In this document: piece after piece, positions 14,781 to 26,336 of the stretch
Layout of the letters: each line of letters begins with the position of its first letter
Position numbering within the stretch: the stretch's first letter is position 1
Assembly (NCBI GenBank): GCA_002245135.1
Contig: NGBS01000896.1
Span: 1-64,000 of the forward strand
Direction of reading: 5' to 3'
Origin: Proteromonas lacertae
Lineage: Eukaryota
DNA length: 64,000 bases
Position numbers and translations under genes: made by a program
Notes under the pieces: generated by a model
The model's database searches: none
Told to the model about the DNA's origin: nothing
What the model saw: only the letters and a program-made list of their open reading frames with translations

Positions 14781-14969
14781 AACAAAAATTAATTATTATT
14801 AATGTTGTTAAATCCAATTGAATAAAATAACATAACTTTTTTTCTCAACCATCGAAATCTAAATTGATATAACCCTTTAAACAAAGCATGTATAAAAAAA
14901 GTAATATTAATAATATATTAAATTTATATACAAATTAATTAATTAATCAATTAAATATATATCTGTAAT

Positions 14970-16675
14970 TTACGGCTCGAAATATACATCACACCTATTT
15001 CTATCTACATGGATCATTGGTTCATTTCCTCCATACCTTCTTCGTCCTTCTTTTATATATTTGTTTTTAATTATAAATTTTTCTTTGCGACGGTTCTTTA
15101 CAAAGAGATTAACATACCAACCATACATATCCTCTACATTTAGATATTCCATAATTCCATCTACATCTATAGGTGTTATGCCACCACTCATACGAATATT
15201 GATCTTCTTAAGAAAGTAATAGGACTTTACTAGAGATTTAAATCCTTCTTCACCAAATCTATTGTTCTCTATATAAAGTATTGATAAATGGTTAAATAAG
15301 TGAAGTTGGGGAATCATATATTCAATTCCAAAATCTTCAATTAAATTATTATTTAAATTTAAAATCACTATTTTACGAATATTTATAATATTATCAACTA
15401 TTATTATCATACACTCATCGTCAATTCTATTACCTTCTAGCATTAGTTCATCTAACTTCTTTAAATATTTTGTATTCCTCATGAATGATGTTATTCCTCT
15501 TTTACCTATGGCATTTCTACTTAAATCAATTAACTCTAAATTTGGTAAATTTGGAAAGAATTCACTTAAATGTTCTACTCCTGTATCACATAATTCTGTA
15601 TCTATATATCAATACATAAATGAATATATATATATATATATATACCATTAAAAAACAATCGCCTAATAATCTTGCTAAATCCAATTTTTATAGTTACATA
15701 TTGAATAGTACATTTTCCTAGAGAGTCTATTTTTATTATTATATTTTGATATATACCATTAGTAAATTTCAATGTGTTAAACTTTGAATAAATTGCTTCC
15801 TTAATTTGATTATGGATCATTGAGTCTATATTTTTATATTCATAAATATATTATACAATTATTATTATAATTATAATTCTGACATTCCACATCTATTATA
15901 ATTATATATATATATATATATATAGTGTAATAATTACATACAATCATAATAGGTTAGAAACTGTTTGTCCATATTTTTAATGTCTTTTATGCTAATTTCC
16001 TGATAAGCTATATATATATATATATAACAACATGAATATACTATTTTTATCTCCTTTTATTCTGTAATACATCATTCTTATGTATTTATCGCTACATGAT
16101 TCAATTAACATTTCGTTCAAGTCTTTTTCATCTAATATCAATAGCATCTCTTCCAATGTCATTAGATAAGTTATATTAGGATTAATGAAGTTTATAAGCC
16201 TTTTAAATATGTTAAAGAGTGAAAGAATTGTGAAATAGGTCATACCATGAGAACTTTTGAACCTATTCTTGAAGCATTTCTTGTGTACATCTCCAATAAA
16301 TACATCTAAATTATTATCAACATAGACATCACTCTCAGATACTTTGATTCCCGAGAAACCAATTTCATCAAGCAGCATTAATTGTTTCAATAGTTTTATT
16401 ACCATAGATTTCATTTTTGTATCAGATATTTTCTTAACTTCCAATAAATCGCATAACCGCTTATTCATAATCGGTTCTCTGACTGTTATATATTTGTTAT
16501 TGCATCTAGGTTCTCTAACATTTATTATATTAGGGAAATTATAGTGATTTAACAACATCAGCACTTCTAGGTAATTTAAGGCTCTTCTTATAGGAATCAT
16601 TGGGATATAAGTATGCTTTAAACCACACTCACCTAATAGCCATGACACTGCTGCTACCAAAGTGTTATCTTCCAT
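14970..16675 (-). CDS. Degenerate kinase-like domain + leucine-rich repeat (RNI-like) protein, multi-exon
   Basis: N-terminal exon has a kinase-like layout (EVLMLLNHYNFPNII, then V-F-I-G-D) but no HRD motif. C-terminal LRRs include LELIDLSRNAIG, LDELMLEGNRID, ILNLNNNLIED and ILYIENNRFG. Confidence 0.65.
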
Positions 16676-17114
16676 TAAAGATTTTTAATAAAAAATATGA
16701 TTTTTATTGGTATACAAACTTGGCTCGTCACAGAAAAATAGCCAATTGAGAGGGCTTTGAGCTATACCAGAAGAGTAGTATGCATATTAGGGCAGCAGTG
16801 AGCAGTTAAGCCCATAAAATCGCTAAAAACTTGTTGGATTGTTGTGTTATTTCATAATAATTTAGATATTTAAAAAAGATGCTTAAAATCCATCAATAAT
16901 TAACCTCAATGAGATTATTTTTAAAATACATTTCTCAGCTTAGTTATAATATTATTATATTTACTATTAAATGTGCCAAACATCGTTAAATAACAGTACT
17001 AATACATCTATAAAAAGTTTATTTCCATTTAACATCCGTAACCCACTAAAAAAATTAAAACCGCTTTTAACCAAAAAAGGCGGGATATAAATTGTATCAA
17101 TCCATTTTTAAAAG

Positions 17115-20100
17115 ATGGCTGAATTTATTCCTCGATTAAATCTTATCAGTGTTCTTAGGGATAAATTCTCTAACTCTGATGATAGAATCAAGTTTGGAGT
17201 ATGTGGAATGGACAAGAAAGTACAAATATCTTTATTATAGTGTTTTTTAGGTTAAATCAAAGCCGATGAGAAATTTAATAGATCGTTTAGACAGTTCAAT
17301 TTTTGAAATAGTCAATTTTGGCGATAATGTGTTATTAAACGAACCTGTTGAAAATTGGCCGATATGTGATGTACTCTTCGCATTTTATTCTGATGGTATA
17401 CTAAAATTATAAGTAAATAGGTTTCCCTCTTGATAAAGCAATTAATTACTCAACATTACGCCAACCACTCCTCATCAATGATTTAAAGTCTCAATATATA
17501 TCCTTTTAATAATTTTATAATCACAGAATAACAACATTTTTCTTAATTAATGTAATTATTTTTAGATAGAAGAGCTGTATATAAAACTTTAATAGATGGA
17601 GGTATTCCTACACCCTTTCATGTCGTTGTAAATCGTGATGAAAAAGGAAATCTCCTCAACAATAGCTTTAAAGAGAACGAAAATAGCATTATAGTAGATG
17701 GAATAGAAATATCAAAGCCATTTGTAGAAAAACCTGTTGATGCAGATGACCATAATATATGTATGATTATTACTATAATTTATGTAGATATTTATTACCC
17801 AAGAAGTGCAGGAGGTGGCTGTAAAAGATTGTTTCGAAAAGTAGGTGATCAATCAAGCATGTTTGATCCAAATTTAAATGAAGTTAGAAAAGATGGTAGT
17901 TATATATATGAAGAGTTTCTTGTAGCTGATGGTACAGATATTAAAGTGTATAGTGTTGGCTCAAATTATGCACATGCAGAAGCTAGGAAAAGTCCAGTAA
18001 TCAATGGTAAAGTGATAAGAAATAAAGACACTGGTAAAGAAGTCAGATTTCCTATTTTATTGAATGCTGAAGAGAAAGAAATTGCTCGTAAAGTTACGAA
18101 TGTATTTCATCAATCTTTATTAGGATTTGATATGTTGAGAGTGAATACTAAATCATATGTTTGTGATGTAAATGGGACAAGTTTTGTAAAGAGTAGTTTG
18201 AAGTATTTTGATGATACTGCTCGATTGTTGAAGATAATGATATTGAAGGAATTAGCACCTCATAGACTAACTGTATATATATAAATCACTTTTTTTATTT
18301 TCGAAACGACTCTATTTTTGTAACGAATATATTTATTTTTTATTTTGGAATAGCCATTAGATTATACGTACAATTCATCATCTTCTTCACATCTCAATAG
18401 CAATAGATTTATACCATTAATACAAAAATCACCTTATAGTCCACATAATTCAGATTTATCATCTTCAATGTTACTATCACCCACATCCACTACAAATAAA
18501 TTACGATGTGTAATTGGTATATGTAAGCATGGTGATAGAACTCCAAAACAAAAATTAAAAGTAGGCATTGATATTCCTGAAATCTTAGAATTCATCACCA
18601 AATATGGCAATGGAGATCTGCACAAAGAAGTTACATTAAAATCAACCAGACAATTAGAAGAACTACTAAATGTTACTACCGAAATCTTAAAGAAAAATGA
18701 AGAATATGAAACAATCAATATAGCTGTAGTAAAAGCATTACAACAAATGAAACATGTATTAAAATTAGGTTCAGGGCTAAAAGGATTCAATAGAAAAGTT
18801 CAATTACGTCCTATTTCCTGGAAGAAAATATCTAATGATATTTCTACAGATCATTCAAGTGAAGATGATTTAGAATGTCTTAGTAATGGTTGTTATACTA
18901 AAACTTATGGTAGTTGTGGTGATATAAATGAAGATTTACCAGAAATGAGATTCTTAATGACTGAAAATTGTGAATTAAATGATTCAAATGAAGAGATTAT
19001 TCAAAAACATGAAGTTGTTAAAGGAAAGGGAAAAGACAAAGAAGAGGATTTAGAAGTGGAAGTAAAAGCAAGGAGCAAATCTGTAGATACTTATTCAGTT
19101 AGTAAAATAAACGAAGAGAATGAAGTAATGGAAGATTATCGATATAATATAGAAAAGAGATTTTATGTTGAAGATGTTACTAGATTAACTAACGATTGTC
19201 CAACTCATTATAGAAGTAGAGAAGCTTCTAAAAAGTTCAGTTTTGATGAAAGCAACAACAACAACAGCACCAATAAAGAATTAATCAGTGAGGCATTATT
19301 AATCGTAAAATGGGGCGGTATTTTGACACAAGATGGTCGTGAACAATCTGAAGAATTAGGTGAATATATTCGACAAACAATGTATGAAGGTATAGAAGGA
19401 GATGAAGGTATGGGATTATTAAGATTACACAGTAGTTATCGTCATGATTTAAAGATATATTCCAGTGAAGAAGGAAGAGTTAGAACAACAGCTGCTGCAT
19501 TTGCAAAAGGATTTTTGCATTTAGAAAGTGAACATTTAACTCCAATTATGGTGAGTTTAGTGAGAAGCCACTTAGAATCGAATATACTATTAGATGATAC
19601 TTCAAATGCTGATTTCTTGATGAAAGATATTAAAAGAGAATTATTCAAATTATTGAATGTTGATAAAGAGTTGGATGATGATGATTTAAAGAAGATTGTA
19701 CCAACAATGAATGAAATATTAATCAACAAAGTAAGAGATATTAAAAATCCATTACAGTTTTGTAGAGATATTTATAAATTGATGGAATTTATTATCTCTG
19801 AATTAGAAAATATTGAAAGTATATATATATATATTAATTAATTTATTTATTTATTTTTAAATAGATAAAAGTACAATATATTACGACAATGAAACAATCT
19901 CTATTATTATTCGTAGATGGAAAAGACTGAAGACAATATTTTACAATGATGATAACGATACATATGATTTATCCAAGATTCCAGATATATTTGAAAATGT
20001 AAAATATGAAATATTACACAATCACTTAATAATCAGTGAGAAGATGAAAGAATTATATTATAAATGTAGAAATTACACTGAAATAATCAATAATCAAGAA

Positions 20101-20712
20101 TATGGATTAAAAGCAACTGAAAAGTTAAGATGTGGTACATTAATATTGAAATCATTCTTGAAGAAATTAAAATTAGATTTAATGAGATCAGTTTCAACTG
20201 AAGATAATCCAAATCCATTATATAATAATAATAACAACAAAAGCAATAATTATTATGGAAAAAATAGTCCAAGTCATTATCAGTCATTATTCAATAGTAA
20301 TAATAGTGAATCTCCATGTATTGATAGTGATTATTTATCAACGGATACTTCTAAATTACACACTCGTTTATACTTTACAAGTGAAAGTCACATTCACAGT
20401 TTATTGAATATTTTGTTATACAGTAATAAGAATATATTAAGTGATGAAGGTGTTAAGTTACTGAATGAGAGTATGGAAAGTGATAATTTATCACATATGG
20501 TGATAAGATTGTTGGAAAATACAATGTTAGATGATGATGATGAGTCAAAGTATCCGGTTGAGATACTGTACAGTAGAGGTGTATTGATGAAAGATGCAAA
20601 TATGACAATGAATGATATTACATGTGATGAAATGCATATAATTAGTAAAGAAGATTTGAATTTAAAAGAACTTTTGGAATTAGTTAATGATGCAACAAAA
20701 GTTTCGATATAA
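17115..20712 (+). CDS. VIP1: Inositol hexakisphosphate / diphosphoinositol-pentakisphosphate kinase (PPIP5K/Vip1), multi-exon
   Basis: Motifs GVCGMDKK|VKSKPM, KPFVEKPVDADDHN, GGGCKRLFRK, YAHAEARKSP, VCDVNG, HGDRTPKQK, KWGG, RHDLKIYSSEEGRV, TRLYFTSESHIHSLLN. Confidence 0.95.
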
Positions 20713-21237
20713 TTTGTTTATAGATTATATATAAAAACTGTTTTCTTCTCTTTTTTAATGTTATTTTTGTTAATTCTACAATAAACATAATGAAATGAAA
20801 TAACAAAACATTAACAGCTTATGTGTATTAGAGATGAGTATAAACTATTAATATATTTATAATAAATAGAAAAAAATCACATTACATTACACCTAAACTA
20901 CCTTCAATTACTTTTATTATACATACAATCACCTCTCTTAAAAATATTACATAATAAACTGCTTAGAACACATCTAACTTATTAATATTCACATTTTATG
21001 CAAAATAAATATTATTATTATACTTCCATAATATTTTAACTTCAAAATAAATACTACCATTCATTCAAGATTAAGCATATAATAATTTGTTCATATTAAC
21101 ATATTTCAAATAAAACATAATAACAAAATTATATTTACATTCTTATATAAACAATAATATCACATTTTAATTTTTGGGTTATTCAAAATTTTGATAGAAA
21201 TTTAAATTTCGTTATTTTGTTATGTATTTACATAAAG

Positions 21238-23406
21238 ATGATAATAAAAGTGAATAAAGAAATTCAAGAATATGGGTATTTTGATTGTTTATGATGTAAT
21301 GATAATAGATTATGTCGAAAATTGGTTAGTAATGGTTTTGGTGATATAGAAGTGAAGATAAGAGGCGGAAAAATCCTATCAGTCAAATCAATTCTAGTGA
21401 ATGGAAATGAAACTTTAAAGAAATTAGTTGAAGATGACAAATTTGGTGGAGTTTTAGAATTATATGAAGAATGTGAAGAAACTGGTTATTATGAGCTTGA
21501 GAAATACTACAGTGGTGGTGAATTGATAATCTGTAAAAGAGAATGTGTGTGAAGTGTTGATGTTTTGTTTATGTTACAAAGAAGAAGAGATAATAAATGA
21601 TTGTTATGAATTTGTGAAGAATAATATTATTGATAATGAATTATTAATGAAATTAATTCATATATGTAATGTATTTCCTAGATGTTTGAGAGAGATAGAA
21701 GAATTGAAAAATATGGAATTTGAAAAGCGAGGATATAAATATTTATATAGAAGTATATATAATATATGATTAATCTATGTATAGCTGAATATTTGATGAG
21801 ATTAGAAATGAATAATTTGAGTGAAATATTATATATGAAAGATGTGATAATTCGAAGTGAGTTATGGTTACTAAATCGATTATTAGAATGGTATAAATTC
21901 AAAAAGAATAATTATAGCAATAAGAATATAAAAGATGATTTTAAATATATGATAGAAGAACATATTGATGGCGAAAAGATTAATGAGGATGATTTGAATA
22001 ATGAGATTAAAGAAGTATTAGAAGAATTAAAAATAGAGAAAAAAGAAAAAAATATTAATACTTATATAGATTTATATAAGATAAAAGATGAAAGAATTCA
22101 AGATGTAATAATTGATAAATATTATGAAGATACTAATACAACAGAATTTAATGAAAAAGAAAAAGTAATATTGGATAGAATAAAAGAAGTAAATGTTTTA
22201 ATTGGTATAATACTCTCTTTACTAGAAATGAATAATATAAAAATGACCGAAATAGCATTGATGATAATGAAAATATAAAAATATGAAAATGGAAAGTATA
22301 ACAATTATGAATATAGTTAAATAGAATATATCTCAAATACAGAAAAGAGTAATATATTGGAAAAATTATGTATAGAATATAATGAGAATAAAAGAAATCG
22401 AACATTTGAATGTTTAAGTTTATTTATAGATGAAAGAAAGAATATATCAACAATAGAATATTTATGTGGAAAAGAGATTCTTTATATAATACTAAAAGGA
22501 GAATATTATCTAAGTATCAAATCGAAAGAAAAATTAATAGAATATATAAAAGATAATAAACTAAGTTTCGAAGAAGAAGATGAAATGATTACAATTATCA
22601 ATGATAAAGAATTGTTGGAAGAATTAAAAACAAAAGAAATCACATTATTGTCTTATCCTCAATCACAATATATGTTTTTATTAGATGAAGAAATGTCAAT
22701 AATTCCTTCATTTGATGGAAATCGATGTGAATTTTCAATCAATCCTTTATTGCCAGATGGTGTAACGATAGAAAAAGAAAGTGGAATAATTTGTGGAAAA
22801 GTGAATAACAAAAATAACAAGAGAGAATATGAAATAACCTGTAGGAATAATCGAAGTGAAAAGAAATTCAAAATATCATTGGAATATGCTGATATAACAT
22901 TCACAGAATTATACAAAAGTGATGGTATATTAATATCTAATTATGGAAAAATAACAATAAATACTCACTATGGATGGAATCACTGCTATTTGAATTTAAA
23001 AATGAAAAATGGAGTTTATCATATCAAATATAAATTTCATCAAAATGGATGTGGAAATGATAGTTTGATGTTAGGATTATCAACTAATATTACATATTCT
23101 GGTAAGTATATTTTTAATCAATCAACAACATGTAATTATTATGTACATGATGGTGAAAGTCATGATATTACTTCATTTTGTCATATTGGAACAGTTGTTA
23201 GTAAAAATCCAAATTTCAATAATCATGGAGATGGTTCAATTTATGAAGTGATTGTTGATATGAATAAAAGAGAATTTTGGATTAGACATAATAATTCATC
23301 TCCTGTTTTACTTGTTAAAGATTTACCTTCACCATTATATACATATGCTTCAGTTTATGGACTTAAAACATTCATTGAATTATTATCAGTTACTCATCAA
23401 GATTAA
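21238..23406 (+). CDS. BTB/BACK-like + putative Ig (He_PIG-like) + SPRY/B30.2-like protein, paralog 1 (frameshifted in this assembly)
   Basis: GFGDIEVKI (BTB start); IRSELWLLNRLLEW (BACK); LSYPQ...FSINPLLPDGVTIEKESGIICG...YEITCRN (Ig-like); GVYHIKYK...GSIYEVIVDMNKREF...LPSPLYTYAS (SPRY). Introns near 21276-21308 and at 21753-21784. Single-base indels at A-runs near 21537 and 22272. Confidence 0.75.
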
Positions 23407-23589
23407 ACTCATTCTTTATTATATATTGATTTTACTGTTTATCATTATTAAAAATACTCTTTTCAAGACTTCATTCTCATTTTCATAAATAACTATATAA
23501 AATCAAATATATATACAGATTTATACTAATATATCGCAAAAAAACATAAACCATCGATAAAATATTATTAATTGGTAGAGATTTTTTCT

Positions 23590-24740
23590 TTTATTGTGCT
23601 GCCAATATGAAAAATGAGCCAATATGAGATTAATGACTTTCATAAAAAACTAATATCACCATAGTTCTTACAATGACTTAAACTATATGACTATACCTTA
23701 TTTTGTAATATGAACTACTTTGTATTAATCTTAGATTCTGTATTTATTGCCTGGTCCAAACCCTTAGTTTGATTCTAAAACTAATAGAAAATAACGTTTC
23801 ATCCAATAAATTCATTCGTTTTCTTTTTTTGTAAATTTTTCTTGGTCAAGATATTTCTAAAACTAAGAGTAAAATATATGCGTTTCAATACTTTTATAGA
23901 AAATTCCATGTTTAACTTACTCTTATTATTACGTTATAACCATAAAGAAAATATAAATAAAAACATATTGATTATGGAAAAGTGGTTTAATGATTTATTA
24001 GAAGAAAATGGAAGAGAATTTCAGAAGATTAATGCATATGAGTGCTAGTACATACTTAGAGATATGTGAAATTCTTATATGCTGATTTGGTAAGTCTTAA
24101 TTGATTTGAAATTAATGTTGAATTTATGTAAATAACGTCTAACAGAGGTAATGGATATATTTTCATCTGCAAAACCATTATCAATCAAGAAGACCTCAAC
24201 TCATCATAAAGCTTTGAGGGTCTTCCTCTCTTCACTGTTGATAGATCTTCATTTTCTGTTACTTTGCTTTTTCTGCCGTATTAAGCCGGCTTTTCTGATG
24301 TACCTTGAAATAGTAGATCTATTCCTACCTAATTTACTTAGCTATATCAGAATACTTACATTTAATGTTTTCACACCACATCTTTTCAATAATTTTTATC
24401 TCGAAATCATGATAGATATCTACCTGAATTCCGAAAAAGGTCAACAGAGATAGAATACCATGCTCGCCGATAAAATTAATAAATAAAAACTATAACAAGC
24501 TTTTTTGATTTTTTTCAAGAAGTAGCAAGAATTTAAAGGATAAAAAATAGATGAATAGATTTTTTTACTATTACTTTGTTCAGTAGATTAATAAAAATAC
24601 TATTTGTAATATATTATTTGCCAAAACTTTATAATTTGGTTGCCACTATTATGAATATTTCATTCCTTCTTTTCCTACATAATAAAGAACTATACTGGTA
24701 TCTACTGAGCTGATTTTCATATTTGGCTCTTATTATGAAG
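23590..24740 (-). mobile_element. Degenerate IS630/Tc1-mariner-type DNA transposon remnant
   Basis: Minus-strand translation across stops and frameshifts gives GRYLS/DFEIKIIEKMWCENIKCKYSDIAK/KLGRNRSTISRYIRK (HTH), then ISITSVRRYLHKFNINFK (second HTH), then LDETLFS (first catalytic Asp motif, ~23790). Imperfect inverted ends: GCCAATATGAAAAATGAGC (23601-23619) versus GCTGATTTTCATATTTGGC (24709-24727). Confidence 0.75.
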
Positions 24741-24857
24741 TTTGAGCATAATTAGCTGCAAATAAAAGATATATAAAAATAATTCATTTGTGGCGTTTCA
24801 AAAATATTGTTTTCAGAAACCCATTTCAAATTCTTCTTTTTTTTCATTTTACATTGT

Positions 24858-26160
24858 ATGGAACTTACAGAAGGTCAATTATCATCCCTTTCAATAAAGG
24901 TTTACGAAGTGGATGATAAAAAATTGTCACCCCTTCTTCAAGAATATTTGGTGTCAATTATCAAATGTTTAGATAATCAAAGAATGAGAAAAGATGCAAT
25001 GAATCTACTTACTCATATCAAGCAAAGAATAGAAAATAACCAAGTATTAATTCATTTTATATGTGATTTAGCGCTTGAGAGTACCTTGTGTGAAATTATT
25101 TGATTTATTACAAAGTAATTCTATTTTAAGTCAAAATTTCTCGATCATGTATATAGTTAGTGATTGTTTTGGAATAGATATTTAAGATTAGGTCAAAACC
25201 GCCTTAGTAATGATGAAAAAGATAATTTATTTCATAAAATGGTTAAAGGCATTTCGTTACACTCTGATAATATCAGAAAAACACTTTTAAACTTAATAGT
25301 AGAATCTTTACCATTTGTTGAAATTCCTGATGATGCCAAAAGAAAGAGATGATATATTTAGTGATATAATAAACAATGAAAGTGATAAATCAATAATATT
25401 GAATTATTTCTTAGATATATTATTCTATATACCAAATATACAAATTGTTCCTGGTATTAGTTATGACAGTCTGAAAATAATAAATGATACAATAAAATTG
25501 TGTAAAATAGATATAAACAAACAAAAGGAGAATATAATAATGTTTTTATCTAAAAGAATCTTTAAATTAGAAGAGATATTAATTCATTTGATAGTAGGAA
25601 GTACAGTCGTTGATTATAATACAGAAGTATATTTATATTTCTAATAAAAATAGATTAATGGATTATGTAATTTGATAATAAAGAATTTAGATGATAAGAT
25701 ATTGGATGTAGCCAACAATATTAATCAGTTATATATAATTTATAGAGGAAATACAACAAGATCAGCTGCTTCTGAAAAAGTAAAGTTAAAAATCATTAGT
25801 TTATTGAATAAATCAATATATGCATGTTTAGATGTTGAAAATAGTATTCCATTAGCGTTATCATCCACTTTTACATCAGCTAATTCAGTTAACCTACAAA
25901 CACAAGCATTATCATTTTTACAAAAGATATGTAATGTAAATCAACCAGAGAAATTAGTTCCATATACTCATTCAATGATAGAAATATTTCATTTGGGATT
26001 AAACAATGAATCTGTGAATAATGAGATAAAAGAATATATATATTTTATATTAGAAACATTATGTAGAAAATTACCTTCGATATTATGGAATGAAAGTTCA
26101 TTGATATTGATGTTATGGAAAAAATATGAAAAAGTATATATATATATATATATGACATTA

Positions 26161-26192
<32 letters not shown>

Positions 26193-26297
26193 GTGTATTG
26201 CTGGTGATATTCAATTAAGGAATTTAATGCATGCTTATGGTTTATGTTTAAGTCAATCACCATCATTAATAAAAACAAAATATCAAGTATATATATA

Positions 26298-26336
<39 letters not shown>

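Noticed and set aside
23204..23340. Near-identical block shared with 47818-47955 as a diversity-generating retroelement TR/VR pair
   Set aside because: Both copies lie in full-length paralogous genes, the differences are not adenine-specific, and there is no reverse transcriptase in the window.
23842..24453. Plus-strand ORFs of 68 and 100 aa
   Set aside because: They have no recognisable motifs and lie antisense to or within the transposase remnant.
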